This document shows positions 1 through 12,379 of a stretch of DNA of 64,000 nt, in pieces (the first letter of the stretch is position 1; each line of letters opens with the position of its first letter). Origin of the DNA: TPA_inf: Saccharomyces (lineage: Eukaryota); contig BK006946.2 of NCBI GenBank assembly GCA_000146045.2, forward strand, positions 384,001 to 448,000. Direction: 5' to 3'. The notes beneath the pieces were generated by a model that made no database searches, was not told the origin of the DNA, and saw only the letters and a program-made list of their open reading frames with translations. Made by a program: the position numbers and the translations under genes.

Positions 1-1
1 A

Positions 2-1975
2 TACCAGCATAGATACATGATAACAGGCTCTATCAGAAGAACAAAAGTAGATATATTGAACAGAATCCTGTGGAGGTTATTGCGTGGTAATTTGATCTTT
101 CAGAATTTTCCAATAGAGGAGCCATTGTTGGAAGGTAAAGAAAAGGTTGAAAAGGACTGCTTTATTATTTTTACTCATGGTGAAACATTGCTCAAGAAGG
201 TTAAGCGTGTCATAGATTCCTTAAATGGTAAAATAGTCTCCCTGAATACTCGTTCTAGTGAATTAGTTGACACCTTAAACCGTCAAATAGACGACTTGCA
301 AAGAATCCTGGATACTACCGAACAAACTTTACACACAGAACTGCTCGTTATACATGACCAGCTGCCAGTATGGTCCGCCATGACGAAAAGGGAAAAATAT
401 GTTTATACCACATTGAACAAGTTCCAACAAGAATCACAGGGTCTAATAGCCGAAGGTTGGGTGCCTTCCACAGAATTGATCCATTTACAAGACTCATTGA
501 AGGATTACATTGAAACGTTGGGTTCTGAATACAGTACCGTCTTTAATGTGATCCTAACCAATAAATTACCACCTACATACCATAGAACCAACAAGTTCAC
601 TCAGGCCTTCCAATCGATTGTGGATGCATACGGTATCGCAACATATAAAGAAATCAATGCTGGTTTAGCCACGGTTGTCACCTTCCCATTTATGTTTGCC
701 ATTATGTTTGGTGACATGGGCCATGGTTTCATTTTATTTTTGATGGCACTATTCTTGGTGCTAAATGAACGTAAGTTTGGTGCTATGCACAGGGACGAAA
801 TTTTTGACATGGCATTTACAGGTAGATATGTTTTATTGTTGATGGGTGCATTTTCTGTATATACTGGGCTGTTGTACAATGATATCTTTTCCAAATCTAT
901 GACAATATTCAAATCAGGCTGGCAATGGCCTTCCACTTTCAGAAAGGGCGAATCGATTGAGGCGAAGAAAACTGGGGTTTATCCGTTTGGATTGGATTTT
1001 GCTTGGCATGGTACTGATAACGGACTACTATTTTCCAACTCTTATAAGATGAAGCTGTCCATTCTAATGGGATACGCACATATGACTTATTCCTTCATGT
1101 TTTCTTATATCAATTACAGAGCTAAAAACTCTAAAGTGGACATAATTGGTAACTTTATCCCCGGTTTAGTGTTTATGCAATCAATATTTGGTTATTTGTC
1201 GTGGGCTATCGTGTACAAGTGGTCGAAGGATTGGATTAAAGATGATAAGCCTGCTCCAGGGTTACTGAATATGCTAATAAACATGTTTTTAGCACCGGGT
1301 ACTATTGATGATCAATTATATTCCGGACAAGCCAAGTTGCAAGTTGTACTACTGCTTGCGGCACTAGTTTGTGTCCCGTGGTTATTGCTGTATAAACCTT
1401 TAACACTGAGAAGGTTAAATAAGAACGGTGGTGGTGGCAGGCCTCACGGATACCAAAGTGTGGGCAATATTGAGCATGAGGAACAAATAGCACAACAGAG
1501 ACATTCAGCGGAAGGTTTCCAAGGGATGATCATCAGTGATGTTGCCAGTGTTGCAGACAGTATCAATGAAAGCGTTGGTGGAGGTGAACAGGGGCCATTT
1601 AATTTCGGCGATGTCATGATTCATCAGGTAATCCATACTATTGAATTCTGTTTAAATTGTATCTCTCATACAGCATCATATCTACGTCTTTGGGCACTAT
1701 CGTTGGCGCATGCGCAATTATCTAGTGTTTTATGGGATATGACAATTTCAAACGCTTTCAGTTCTAAAAACTCAGGGTCGCCTTTGGCTGTCATGAAGGT
1801 GGTTTTCTTATTTGCTATGTGGTTTGTTTTAACCGTTTGTATCCTAGTTTTCATGGAAGGTACTTCCGCAATGTTGCATGCGCTACGTTTGCATTGGGTG
1901 GAGGCAATGTCCAAATTTTTTGAAGGTGAAGGATATGCGTACGAGCCATTTTCATTTCGTGCAATAATAGAATAA
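2..1975 (+). CDS. STV1: V-type ATPase subunit a (Golgi/endosome isoform), C-terminal ~657 aa; the 5' end lies outside the window
   Basis: The open frame runs from the window edge with no upstream stop. Multi-pass membrane C-terminal domain typical of the V0 a-subunit (Vph1/Stv1 family). The size fits the C-terminal part of the 890-aa Stv1. Confidence 0.85.
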   Translation, partial: YQHRYMITGSIRRTKVDILNRILWRLLRGNLIFQNFPIEEPLLEGKEKVEKDCFIIFTHGETLLKKVKRVIDSLNGKIVSLNTRSSELVDTLNRQIDDLQRILDTTEQTLHTELLVIHDQLPVWSAMTKREKYVYTTLNKFQQESQGLIAEGWVPSTELIHLQDSLKDYIETLGSEYSTVFNVILTNKLPPTYHRTNKFTQAFQSIVDAYGIATYKEINAGLATVVTFPFMFAIMFGDMGHGFILFLMALFLVLNERKFGAMHRDEIFDMAFTGRYVLLLMGAFSVYTGLLYNDIFSKSMTIFKSGWQWPSTFRKGESIEAKKTGVYPFGLDFAWHGTDNGLLFSNSYKMKLSILMGYAHMTYSFMFSYINYRAKNSKVDIIGNFIPGLVFMQSIFGYLSWAIVYKWSKDWIKDDKPAPGLLNMLINMFLAPGTIDDQLYSGQAKLQVVLLLAALVCVPWLLLYKPLTLRRLNKNGGGGRPHGYQSVGNIEHEEQIAQQRHSAEGFQGMIISDVASVADSINESVGGGEQGPFNFGDVMIHQVIHTIEFCLNCISHTASYLRLWALSLAHAQLSSVLWDMTISNAFSSKNSGSPLAVMKVVFLFAMWFVLTVCILVFMEGTSAMLHALRLHWVEAMSKFFEGEGYAYEPFSFRAIIE

Positions 1976-2100
1976 TAACCTTAAATTACTGTAAATTTTC
2001 TCATCTACCCACTGCTTTTTTCGTTTTATTTTTTTTTACACATACAGACATATAAACGTTGTAGAATTAAACGATAAAATATAATATTTCTTCACATAGT

Positions 2101-3021
2101 TTACGGTATATATATGTCTGGGTCGGTCAAGTGGTCTACCAATAGGTCATAAATTTGAGCAGGGATCTTAGCGATGAACCCGACGCCCAGCCGAATGATC
2201 TCGTCAGCATCAAAATCCGGAAACTGTCGTAGTAAATTAACAGGGGAATCCGATTTGAAAACCTTGGATCTCATTTTAACTAGGAATGCCACCACAAAGA
2301 GAATATTCATATGGAATCCATATGCAAACATGAAATCCCACAGTTTAATGACCTGATCAAGCGGTTTATTGCAGCTGGATAACGTGAGTATGGAAGGCAT
2401 ACCATAAATCTCTGCTGTAAGTAAATTGTCCGATAGAAATTTACTCAGCTTTGGATCAATGATTCTGAGAGAAATATCTAGTAGTTTGGCGCCGTTCTGG
2501 GCGCCGTTTAGGTTCTTAGTTAGATACGTCGGTATCATTTCATAACAAAGCTTAGTGAAAAGTTGATACGCCATAGGTTCAGAAGGACATGAGTAAAGCA
2601 GAGGAGCTAATAACACGTTCATGCCCTGCACATATGTGCTCACAGGAATGCGACCAAAACGAGTCTTTTGTCTTCTTTGTTGTGTTTGCCAAGCAAAGCA
2701 CGACAGACACCGGATGAGGGCATCCTCTGAGACTCTATTTCTAAAGTTTGGATCCGTCTGAAAAGTTCTGGATGTGTCGTTCTTGATTTTTTGGTAAATG
2801 GTTGTGGAAGGTGGGCCCAGTTTCAAGAGCGCAAGGTACCGTTGTGTAGACGCCTCCATAGAAGTTTGAGAGAGCACCGTCCACACGTAACATCGCGTGC
2901 GCTGCTGCTGTTTATCTTCAGATATGGGAAGCCCTTCACTGAGTATGAGGTAGCGAAGTTGAGAGAGTGAGGAATGCAGTAGCAGGGGAGGATTTGATAT
3001 CAGATCTTCAATTGAGGTCAT
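2101..3021 (-). CDS. BUB2: Mitotic exit network GAP component (TBC/Rab-GAP-like), 306 aa
   Basis: The 306-aa ORF matches Bub2 in length and sequence character (TBC-domain-like). Its position between STV1 and AAC1 fits the chromosome XIII gene order. Confidence 0.85.
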   Translation of the reverse strand: MTSIEDLISNPPLLLHSSLSQLRYLILSEGLPISEDKQQQRTRCYVWTVLSQTSMEASTQRYLALLKLGPPSTTIYQKIKNDTSRTFQTDPNFRNRVSEDALIRCLSCFAWQTQQRRQKTRFGRIPVSTYVQGMNVLLAPLLYSCPSEPMAYQLFTKLCYEMIPTYLTKNLNGAQNGAKLLDISLRIIDPKLSKFLSDNLLTAEIYGMPSILTLSSCNKPLDQVIKLWDFMFAYGFHMNILFVVAFLVKMRSKVFKSDSPVNLLRQFPDFDADEIIRLGVGFIAKIPAQIYDLLVDHLTDPDIYIP

Positions 3022-3095
3022 GCAAAAGTTAACAAGTTTAAAAGTCTGTTGTTTCTTTTACCTTTACGTCGTTACTATTATTACTATTATTATCA

Positions 3096-3114
3096 TTTTT
3101 TTTTTTTTTTTTTT
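3096..3114. promoter_or_regulatory. Poly(dT)19 tract in the BUB2 5' / AAC1 3' intergenic region
   Basis: A direct read of 19 consecutive T. It is characteristic of yeast nucleosome-depleted promoter regions. Confidence 0.5.
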
Positions 3115-3314
3115 CAATGTTTAGCTTGGCGTACGTAAACGGTTCCCTTCCGCACGGCGTTTACTGAATTGTCAGGACATAAATTCAAAGAAGAAAGAAG
3201 ACCTCCAGTGTCATTATAGCATAAGACAGGTATGTAGCAAGAATGAATATGTAAATAAATAGCAAGAATATGTAGAATTTTTAGATTTTATTCGTTTGTT
3301 GTTTTCTTTTTTTT

Positions 3315-4244
3315 TCACTTGAATTTTTTGCCAAACATTATGAGTTGCAACTGATCGTACAATGAGATGACACCAGCTGCAGCGACTCCTCTAAATATGT
3401 TGGCACCACAGCCCTTGAACAAGGAATACGCGCCCTCTTTCTGAACAATCTTTCTCAAACAGTCCAGAGCACCGTCGTACTTGATGGTCTGGCCCGAAGT
3501 CATCATCATCCTTCTTCTTACCGTATCCAAGGGATACGACGCAGTGGAAGCACCCATGGTAATGACCCAACCTAATAGGAAAGAGGCAACAAAGGACCCC
3601 TCTAGAGCCCCCGTCAACAGCACAGGCTTGAAAGAATCGTACAAGCCAAAGTACAGACCTCTGTAGACAATGATACCCAGAACTGAGGGCACAAACCCAC
3701 GGTACAGACCCAACAACCCGTCCGTTTTCAGTGTCTTCTTATACACGTCTAGCAATCCATTAAACTGTCTTTGCGAGGTTGACTTAGAACCCCTAGCATC
3801 CGCTGCAAGCCGCGTCCTTGCGTAGTCCAAGGAATATACAAATAGAAGCGACAAACCACCAGCCGCTCCACCAGAGAAAAGATTTCCAGCAAACCACTTG
3901 GCATACCCATCGCGCTCTCTGTCGTAACTCAACAACGACTTAATTTTGTCTTTGAAGGCAAAATTCAGCGCCTGCGTGGGGAAATACCGGAGAACATTGG
4001 CGGTGTTACCCCTCCAGAACGACACAATACCTTCATGAGTCGCAGTCCTCTTGAAGCAATCTAAAATTCCCTTGTACCGTGTATCCAACGAGCCCTGTTT
4101 AAGCATCTCTTCTTGATTCTGCATCAACAGTTTCACCCGTTCAATGGGAGCGGCACCCGTCTTCGCAATGGCAGCAGAAACGCCGCCCATAAGGAAGTCC
4201 ACACCGAAGTGTGACTGCTGAGTCTGTGTTTCTGTGTGAGACAT
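3315..4244 (-). CDS. AAC1: Mitochondrial ADP/ATP carrier, 309 aa
   Basis: Three mitochondrial-carrier repeats. The ADP/ATP-carrier signature RRRMMM is present (…[12 protein letters not shown]…). Confidence 0.9.
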   Translation of the reverse strand: MSHTETQTQQSHFGVDFLMGGVSAAIAKTGAAPIERVKLLMQNQEEMLKQGSLDTRYKGILDCFKRTATHEGIVSFWRGNTANVLRYFPTQALNFAFKDKIKSLLSYDRERDGYAKWFAGNLFSGGAAGGLSLLFVYSLDYARTRLAADARGSKSTSQRQFNGLLDVYKKTLKTDGLLGLYRGFVPSVLGIIVYRGLYFGLYDSFKPVLLTGALEGSFVASFLLGWVITMGASTASYPLDTVRRRMMMTSGQTIKYDGALDCLRKIVQKEGAYSLFKGCGANIFRGVAAAGVISLYDQLQLIMFGKKFK

Positions 4245-4570
4245 TACTGCTGTAAAAAGGAAAAATAGAAAAGAATAACAGATACGAGAATCTGTGCTGC
4301 CTTCTTTGCGATAATGCCTTGGCTTGCCTATTTCACGGTTACAGGAATAATAACATGTTCATACCGTTTCAGGACCAATAAATGGTCTTCTGCGAGAGAA
4401 AAAGGACACTCTCCGTCCGACAGAAATAAGCTTTACTTTCCGGGTGCGAATCAGCCCGTTGCGCCTGGGGTGGTCCCTACAGTACGCTGAGTCGCCGATA
4501 AAGACCCTCCGCCTAGAGCTAGGCGAGGCTGACTTAGGCAGGCCCAACAGGCAAGGCCCATCTTCAAAAG

Positions 4571-4578
4571 TGCACCCA
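4571..4578 (+). promoter_or_regulatory. Aft1 iron-responsive element (TGCACCCA), about 250 bp upstream of FET3
   Basis: Exact match to the Aft1 core PyPuCACCCPu (tgcacccatttg). FET3 is a classic Aft1-regulated iron-regulon gene. Confidence 0.6.
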
Positions 4579-4682
4579 TTTGCAGGTGCTCTTATTCTCG
4601 CCAATTGCGACAGAAAATGAAGGATGCACTCAAACAGTCGATCCTTCGAGGGAGTATGCCAAGGCCTCGTGCATGTAGTGCG

Positions 4683-4684
<2 letters not shown>

Positions 4685-4714
<30 letters not shown>
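4685..4714. repeat. (TA)n dinucleotide microsatellite, about 14 units
   Basis: A direct read of tatatatatatatatatatatatatata followed by tgtatgta. Confidence 0.9.
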
Positions 4715-4720
<6 letters not shown>

Positions 4721-4821
4721 AGCAGGCCATGCCCTATAGCTCTTGTTCTATAAGCGATGGATAGGCATAGGAAACGAAGAGGACCCCAGTGTAAGGAAGA
4801 GTAGCAAAAAATTAGAACTAG

Positions 4822-6732
4822 ATGACTAACGCTTTGCTCTCTATAGCCGTTTTGCTTTTCTCGATGCTCTCGCTAGCACAAGCGGAGACGCACACGTTTA
4901 ATTGGACCACTGGCTGGGACTACAGGAACGTTGATGGGCTAAAGAGCCGTCCCGTGATCACCTGTAATGGCCAGTTCCCATGGCCAGATATAACGGTCAA
5001 CAAAGGTGACCGTGTGCAGATTTACTTGACCAACGGAATGAACAACACCAATACTTCTATGCATTTCCACGGTCTCTTCCAAAACGGAACCGCCTCTATG
5101 GACGGTGTGCCCTTCTTGACGCAATGTCCAATTGCGCCAGGCAGTACTATGCTTTACAATTTCACGGTGGACTACAATGTAGGCACCTACTGGTACCATT
5201 CACACACGGACGGTCAATATGAAGACGGGATGAAAGGTCTTTTCATCATCAAGGATGATAGCTTCCCCTACGATTACGATGAGGAACTTTCTTTATCGCT
5301 TAGTGAGTGGTACCACGACTTGGTCACGGACTTGACGAAGTCGTTCATGAGTGTTTATAATCCGACAGGTGCTGAGCCCATCCCACAGAACTTGATTGTT
5401 AACAACACGATGAATCTGACATGGGAAGTCCAGCCCGATACGACGTATCTTTTGAGAATTGTCAACGTGGGTGGGTTCGTTTCGCAGTACTTTTGGATCG
5501 AGGACCACGAAATGACCGTGGTCGAAATCGACGGTATCACTACCGAGAAGAACGTAACGGATATGCTTTACATCACTGTCGCTCAGAGATATACAGTCCT
5601 GGTTCACACTAAAAACGACACGGACAAAAATTTCGCCATCATGCAGAAATTTGATGACACCATGTTGGATGTCATTCCAAGTGATTTACAGCTGAATGCA
5701 ACCTCTTATATGGTCTACAACAAAACCGCTGCGCTGCCCACACAAAATTACGTGGATTCAATTGATAACTTCTTGGACGATTTCTACTTGCAACCGTACG
5801 AGAAAGAAGCCATCTATGGCGAGCCAGATCATGTGATTACCGTTGACGTTGTTATGGATAACTTGAAAAACGGTGTGAATTACGCCTTCTTCAATAATAT
5901 CACCTATACTGCACCAAAAGTTCCTACTTTGATGACCGTTTTGTCTTCAGGTGATCAAGCAAACAACTCCGAAATCTACGGTTCAAACACGCACACTTTC
6001 ATCCTAGAGAAGGATGAAATCGTGGAGATTGTGCTAAATAACCAGGACACAGGTACCCATCCTTTCCATTTACATGGTCACGCTTTCCAAACCATCCAGA
6101 GAGATCGTACATATGATGATGCCCTAGGTGAAGTTCCTCACAGTTTCGATCCGGACAACCACCCTGCCTTCCCAGAATACCCAATGAGAAGAGATACTTT
6201 ATACGTTAGACCACAATCCAATTTCGTCATCAGGTTTAAAGCCGATAACCCAGGTGTTTGGTTCTTCCATTGTCATATCGAATGGCATTTGTTGCAAGGT
6301 TTGGGTCTTGTTCTCGTGGAGGATCCTTTTGGTATCCAAGATGCTCATTCTCAACAACTCAGTGAAAACCACTTAGAAGTTTGCCAGAGTTGCTCTGTGG
6401 CCACTGAAGGTAACGCCGCTGCCAATACACTGGATTTAACTGATTTAACTGGTGAAAATGTTCAGCATGCCTTCATTCCTACCGGTTTTACCAAAAAAGG
6501 TATTATTGCCATGACATTCTCCTGCTTTGCCGGTATTCTTGGTATTATCACAATTGCAATTTATGGTATGATGGATATGGAAGATGCGACCGAAAAGGTT
6601 ATTCGAGACTTGCACGTGGACCCTGAAGTCTTGCTAAATGAGGTTGATGAAAATGAAGAGCGTCAGGTAAACGAAGATCGTCATTCCACTGAAAAGCATC
6701 AATTTTTAACTAAAGCCAAACGGTTCTTCTAA
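4822..6732 (+). CDS. FET3: Multicopper ferroxidase of high-affinity iron uptake, 636 aa
   Basis: Multicopper-oxidase copper-ligand motifs are present (HFHG…, HSH…, HPFHLHGH, HCHIEWH). It has an N-terminal signal peptide and a C-terminal transmembrane segment. Confidence 0.92.
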   Translation: MTNALLSIAVLLFSMLSLAQAETHTFNWTTGWDYRNVDGLKSRPVITCNGQFPWPDITVNKGDRVQIYLTNGMNNTNTSMHFHGLFQNGTASMDGVPFLTQCPIAPGSTMLYNFTVDYNVGTYWYHSHTDGQYEDGMKGLFIIKDDSFPYDYDEELSLSLSEWYHDLVTDLTKSFMSVYNPTGAEPIPQNLIVNNTMNLTWEVQPDTTYLLRIVNVGGFVSQYFWIEDHEMTVVEIDGITTEKNVTDMLYITVAQRYTVLVHTKNDTDKNFAIMQKFDDTMLDVIPSDLQLNATSYMVYNKTAALPTQNYVDSIDNFLDDFYLQPYEKEAIYGEPDHVITVDVVMDNLKNGVNYAFFNNITYTAPKVPTLMTVLSSGDQANNSEIYGSNTHTFILEKDEIVEIVLNNQDTGTHPFHLHGHAFQTIQRDRTYDDALGEVPHSFDPDNHPAFPEYPMRRDTLYVRPQSNFVIRFKADNPGVWFFHCHIEWHLLQGLGLVLVEDPFGIQDAHSQQLSENHLEVCQSCSVATEGNAAANTLDLTDLTGENVQHAFIPTGFTKKGIIAMTFSCFAGILGIITIAIYGMMDMEDATEKVIRDLHVDPEVLLNEVDENEERQVNEDRHSTEKHQFLTKAKRFF

Positions 6733-7098
6733 TAAAGGAAGATCATGTATTTTGCGGTTAACCTGTTTTTTTTTTTTCGGTCAAGGGTTCCAAATGCATT
6801 TGCATGTAAAGTGAATGCCCTTGTCTTACTTAATATTACATAGACATATACTTAATAATCTACCACGTTTCAAATTCAATAATGCATGCTTCTTGGCGGT
6901 TTTTGACATGAGATCCTCATCTGTCACGAGGCTGATGTGCATACTTTTACTTTTAATCGATGACATGATCAGTTTCTTTTGAACAAAAAGCCGTTATGGG
7001 TTGAAAAAAAGTGAAAATGAAAAAGTCATCAGAAATATATGAAAGATATAATAAATTGTCGAAGAGAAATTACGTCGAGGAGGTTGAGGAAAATAAGA

Positions 7099-7485
7099 AT
7101 GGCAACGACAGATATCATATCTCTAGTAAAAAATAATTTACTCTATTTCCAAATGTGGACGGAAGTGGAAATTTTACAAGACGATTTATCATGGAAGGGA
7201 AATAGCCTGAGATTACTGAGAGGTCGTCCGCCTCACAAGCTGAGCAACGATGTAGACACAGAGCATGAAAATAGCTTGTCATCGCCACGCCCGCTAGAGT
7301 TCATATTACCCATCAATATGTCACAGTACAAAGAGAATTTTCTCACTTTGGAATGCTTGAGCCAGACATTTACTCACTTATGTAGTCCATCTACTGAAAG
7401 AATACTGCTGGCCATAATTAACGATGATGGTACAATTGTTTATTACTTCGTTTATAAAGGAGTACGAAAACCGAAAAGAAATTGA
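7099..7485 (+). CDS. SEN15: tRNA splicing endonuclease subunit, 128 aa; the start is taken at the internal Met, 20 codons into the ORF-track frame
   Basis: The ORF-track frame is 148 aa. The internal ATG at 7099 gives 128 aa, matching Sen15. The upstream extension is probably not translated. Confidence 0.7.
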
Positions 7486-7531
7486 AAAATGAACTTAAAG
7501 ACACCTTTCTGCATTATTTTGTTTATTTTTA

Positions 7532-8515
7532 TTATATGTATTTACAGGCTAAATTATATAATGACATCACAACGTTTCCTTGCTCTCTAAATTGAGGATC
7601 TCTTTGCTCCAAGTTATTACTTGGTCTATGGACGAAGTCATCAATTTTGTTCGACATACTATTCAATAATTCACTTCCAAAGGTTTGTTCCAGTTTTGAA
7701 CGGATGCGGTTACCATCAGGTAGGCCTAACTGAACGTAAAGATTTGCAAGGAAAAGAAGGTCGGAGGAAAGTATTACAGAATCATCCAGTTTTTTACGGG
7801 CAGCCAACCAATTGCTGACGCAACTCTGTAGTCTATTATCAAATTGAAGATTATATTTCACCTGTTGTAGCTCTTGCTTACCCTTAATTTTGTTCTTATG
7901 CGCAATTTTGAAGGTCTTTGATTGTGCTAGTTGCGAGGCTGACTCCATTGCTTTACTTTCTACAAATTCTTCATCATCCTCAAGGGTCAGTGAGCCTATA
8001 ATCTCCTCACAATTTTCACGTGCTTGCGATCTTAGTTGCAATGGCGTATTATACCACATAGGAAAATATAGCAATTTTGAAAACAACTTCTTGGTATATT
8101 CATTGTAATTTTTGGTGTTCAAAAAGAGCTGGTAGTCCGTTAGTCTGGAAATTTCAACGTCAACATAATTCAATAGGGAATACTCTAAAAGGCGATCCTT
8201 TTTTCTAACAATTGCTAAATCTTCTTCATAATCCGTACCTTTCTCATATTTGCTAGTACATATATTTTTATGTAAGAATTGTACGATGTTCACGTAACCA
8301 GATACTTTCGTTCCATTATCTAAAATTAACACTGGTAGTTTTCCATCTGATGATAGGTCTGTATTGTTTGAGAATACGATCTGCAATCCCGCAACCATAC
8401 TCTTTGCCTCTTCTGAAGTACATAACTTGATAAACCATACAAGCGCAATGCTGTCCACTGAAATCAACGATGCTTTGCCATCCTTTCCCCATAAATGCAC
8501 ACTACCTTTAACCAT
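7532..8515 (-). CDS. SAM37: Mitochondrial outer-membrane SAM complex subunit, 327 aa
   Basis: The 327-aa ORF has GST-like composition, and its length and position match Sam37/Mas37. Confidence 0.8.
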
Positions 8516-8754
8516 TACTGACTCGATAATAGCCTTGCTTTGCGTTTATTTGAAAAATACAAATTCCAGCATTAAATAGTAGCCATTCTAAATAGCTTAT
8601 TTCTTATTACATTTCCCACTTCGTTTAAAATGATAACAATCGTGACAAAATTGTCGGTTACCTTGTAATAATTAAGAAGAAAAGTGTAGCTTGTGTGATG
8701 AAAGAGTATTCTACAACGAAATAAAAGGCCAAACTGGAGAGTCAAACAAGAGAT

Positions 8755-10788
8755 ATGTCCAGCTCTACGACTCCTGATTTACTATATCCCTCTGCGGACA
8801 AAGTCGCAGAGCCTAGTGACAATATACATGGAGATGAACTACGACTTAGAGAAAGGATTAAAGACAATCCCACGAATATTTTATCATACTTCCAGCTTAT
8901 TCAATATTTGGAAACTCAAGAGTCATACGCTAAGGTGAGAGAAGTATACGAGCAATTTCATAACACATTCCCGTTTTATTCACCTGCGTGGACTTTGCAA
9001 CTAAAGGGTGAATTGGCAAGAGATGAATTTGAGACTGTTGAGAAGATTTTGGCTCAATGTCTTTCTGGCAAGTTGGAAAATAATGACCTATCTCTTTGGT
9101 CAACATATTTGGACTACATACGCAGAAAAAACAACTTAATTACTGGTGGACAAGAGGCGAGAGCTGTTATTGTCAAGGCATTCCAACTAGTTATGCAAAA
9201 GTGTGCAATTTTTGAACCCAAATCATCTTCTTTTTGGAACGAATATCTCAATTTTTTAGAGCAGTGGAAGCCATTCAACAAATGGGAGGAGCAACAGCGA
9301 ATTGACATGCTCAGAGAATTCTACAAGAAAATGCTATGTGTTCCTTTTGATAATCTAGAAAAAATGTGGAATAGATACACTCAATGGGAACAAGAAATAA
9401 ATTCCCTAACAGCCAGAAAATTTATTGGCGAGTTATCAGCCGAATACATGAAAGCCCGTTCCTTATACCAGGAATGGTTGAACGTTACTAATGGATTGAA
9501 AAGGGCATCTCCAATTAATCTGCGCACAGCAAACAAGAAAAACATACCACAACCAGGTACCTCAGACTCAAACATTCAGCAGTTACAGATTTGGTTGAAT
9601 TGGATAAAATGGGAAAGGGAGAATAAGTTGATGCTTAGTGAAGATATGCTATCACAAAGAATCAGTTACGTTTATAAACAAGGTATTCAATACATGATAT
9701 TTTCTGCTGAAATGTGGTACGATTATTCAATGTATATATCTGAAAATTCGGATCGACAAAATATCTTATATACTGCGTTATTAGCTAATCCCGACTCACC
9801 TTCTCTTACATTCAAGTTATCCGAATGCTACGAACTGGATAATGATTCTGAAAGTGTTTCTAACTGTTTTGACAAGTGCACTCAAACTTTACTATCGCAG
9901 TATAAAAAGATCGCCTCCGATGTAAATTCGGGTGAAGATAATAACACAGAGTATGAACAAGAGCTGCTATACAAACAGAGGGAAAAATTAACATTCGTGT
10001 TTTGCGTGTATATGAATACGATGAAAAGAATATCAGGACTATCCGCAGCACGTACTGTATTTGGTAAATGTCGTAAACTGAAGCGTATATTAACACATGA
10101 CGTCTACGTGGAAAATGCATATTTAGAATTTCAAAATCAAAACGATTATAAGACTGCTTTTAAGGTTTTAGAATTGGGTTTAAAATACTTCCAAAACGAT
10201 GGAGTTTATATCAACAAATACTTAGATTTTTTAATATTTTTAAATAAGGATTCGCAGATCAAAACCTTATTTGAAACATCAGTGGAAAAAGTGCAAGATT
10301 TAACCCAGCTGAAGGAAATATACAAGAAAATGATAAGTTATGAATCGAAATTCGGTAACTTAAACAACGTTTATTCTCTAGAGAAAAGATTTTTCGAACG
10401 GTTCCCCCAAGAAAATTTGATTGAAGTTTTCACAAGTCGTTATCAAATTCAAAACTCCAACTTAATAAAGAAATTAGAGTTAACTTATATGTATAATGAG
10501 GAAGAAGACAGTTACTTTTCTTCTGGAAACGGGGATGGCCATCATGGCTCTTACAATATGAGTTCGTCAGATAGAAAGAGACTAATGGAGGAAACTGGAA
10601 ACAATGGAAACTTCTCCAATAAGAAATTCAAAAGAGACTCAGAGCTTCCAACAGAGGTTCTTGATTTATTGAGCGTTATACCAAAACGTCAATATTTTAA
10701 TACAAATTTACTCGATGCGCAGAAATTGGTGAATTTTTTAAATGATCAAGTAGAGATTCCAACAGTTGAGAGCACCAAGTCAGGTTAA
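8755..10788 (+). CDS. RNA14: Cleavage/polyadenylation factor CF IA subunit (HAT/TPR repeats), 677 aa
   Basis: Repeated W/Y-rich HAT-type helical repeats (WxxYxxF…), with length 677 aa. Confidence 0.88.
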   Translation: MSSSTTPDLLYPSADKVAEPSDNIHGDELRLRERIKDNPTNILSYFQLIQYLETQESYAKVREVYEQFHNTFPFYSPAWTLQLKGELARDEFETVEKILAQCLSGKLENNDLSLWSTYLDYIRRKNNLITGGQEARAVIVKAFQLVMQKCAIFEPKSSSFWNEYLNFLEQWKPFNKWEEQQRIDMLREFYKKMLCVPFDNLEKMWNRYTQWEQEINSLTARKFIGELSAEYMKARSLYQEWLNVTNGLKRASPINLRTANKKNIPQPGTSDSNIQQLQIWLNWIKWERENKLMLSEDMLSQRISYVYKQGIQYMIFSAEMWYDYSMYISENSDRQNILYTALLANPDSPSLTFKLSECYELDNDSESVSNCFDKCTQTLLSQYKKIASDVNSGEDNNTEYEQELLYKQREKLTFVFCVYMNTMKRISGLSAARTVFGKCRKLKRILTHDVYVENAYLEFQNQNDYKTAFKVLELGLKYFQNDGVYINKYLDFLIFLNKDSQIKTLFETSVEKVQDLTQLKEIYKKMISYESKFGNLNNVYSLEKRFFERFPQENLIEVFTSRYQIQNSNLIKKLELTYMYNEEEDSYFSSGNGDGHHGSYNMSSSDRKRLMEETGNNGNFSNKKFKRDSELPTEVLDLLSVIPKRQYFNTNLLDAQKLVNFLNDQVEIPTVESTKSG

Positions 10789-11053
10789 CATTACGTTAAT
10801 AAATAGGTATATATGAATATTTATACCAACACATCTATTATAATAGGCGAACCTCTGTATGTAATTAAGTAAAAAAAAAACGATGTGACAGGATAGTTAA
10901 GGTGCCTCGTACATAAATAAAAACGGAAATAGTTAATTCTTTCAAAAATATGGCAATAGCCAAACTCATTCAGAAGGTACAGGAAACACTCTGTTTCTGT
11001 GCGTTTATATAACCATGCTTATAAAAGAAAGATTGAACAAAATATACATGAAT

Positions 11054-12379
11054 TTATGAACGGTAATCACCGTTAATTGTTACATATTCATGTGATAAAT
11101 CACAAGTCCAAAATTGTGCTGCCTGATCACCGGTTCCCAAGTCGACAGACACTTCCAAATCATTCAAAGCCAATATTTCAGAAGCCCTTGTTTCATCGAT
11201 CTCCAATTGTGGCACACCATTAGCGACAAGCTTCAGCTCACGAGGTTCTGAATTGTCGGTAGCAATAAAGCTAACATTAATTTTGTTGACATCTAGAGAT
11301 TTTAAGTCATTCAGCTTTGCATACCCGATCGCGCACAATATTCTTCCCCAATTGGCATCTTGCCCATATAGTGCGGTTTTGACCAACATAGAGTTTGAGA
11401 TTGATTCAGCAATTATTTTGGCGTCTTCAAAATGCAAAGCATTTTTAACGTTAACAGTAACAAACTTTGTCGAACCTTCACCATCGCGAACGACTAACTG
11501 GGCCAAGCGCTGAGCAAATTCTGTGACCTGCAATTTTACTTGTTCAAAATCTTTAGAGTCTTCGTTAATTTCTTTGGTGTCAATAGCACCGTTGGCCAAC
11601 ATGCAAATTGTGTCATTGGTGCTCATATCACCGTCCACCGATATACAATTAAATGAACGGGTAGTAGCGAAAGTCAGCATCTTCTGCAACGCCTTGCTTT
11701 CAATAGGAAGATCTGTAACTATGAAACCTAATAAGGTAGCCATATTCGGACAAATCATACCCGCGCCCTTTGCCATACCTGTCAAAGTATACTCAGTACC
11801 ACTAGGTAATTTGAATCTAGATGTAACTAATTTTGGGAAAGTATCAGTAGTACAGATTGATTTGGCTACGTTCAACCAAGAGTTAAAATCACTGCCGAAC
11901 TTTTCTTCTCCAAAAATTTTATTGATACCAGTGCTGATCTTGTCCATCTGTAGTCGTTGTCCAATAACGCCTGTAGACATGACTAGGGTAGAATTTTTTT
12001 GACCAATTTTATCGTTAACCAAATCAATCATTACTTGGGCATCTTTCATACCAAGATCACCTGTGACCGAGTTAGCACAACCGGAATTGACTACAATAGC
12101 GTTGATGTTTTTACCACGAGCAGTTTCAAGGACTTTTTTCGATGTCAAAACTGGCGCAGCTTTGAATTTATTGGTCGTGAAAACAGCTGCTGCGGTTGAA
12201 GGACGAGATTTATTGGTATTCAAGATTACACCCAGGTCCAGGCTCCCGTTTTTTTTGACTCCAGATGCAGTGTAGCCTACTTCAAATCCTTTAGGAAAAG
12301 AGCCCGTCTTGGGCACGTATAATGCATACTTATCTATAAGCTGCTTCGAGCGTTGAAGCAATGTTGATGATATTCTCAT
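11054..12379 (-). CDS. ARG7: Mitochondrial glutamate N-acetyltransferase / ornithine acetyltransferase (ArgJ family), 441 aa
   Basis: ArgJ-family hallmark around the autoproteolytic Thr (…[11 protein letters not shown]…). It has an N-terminal mitochondrial presequence character. Confidence 0.9.

Larger units (their letters stand above)
4359..4730 (-). other. Dubious ORF (123 aa) spanning a (TA)n microsatellite; probably non-coding
   Basis: The translation contains YIYIYIYIY, derived from the (TA)n repeat. It has low-complexity, Arg-rich composition and lies in the FET3 promoter region. Confidence 0.3.

Noticed and set aside
7039-7098. N-terminal extensions in the ORF track for SEN15, YMR074C, CTF18, NAM7, VBA1 and YMR087W
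   Set aside because: In each case an internal ATG reproduces the known protein length exactly. The upstream in-frame ATGs are taken as 5' UTR. This rests on remembered protein lengths and is not provable from the sequence alone.
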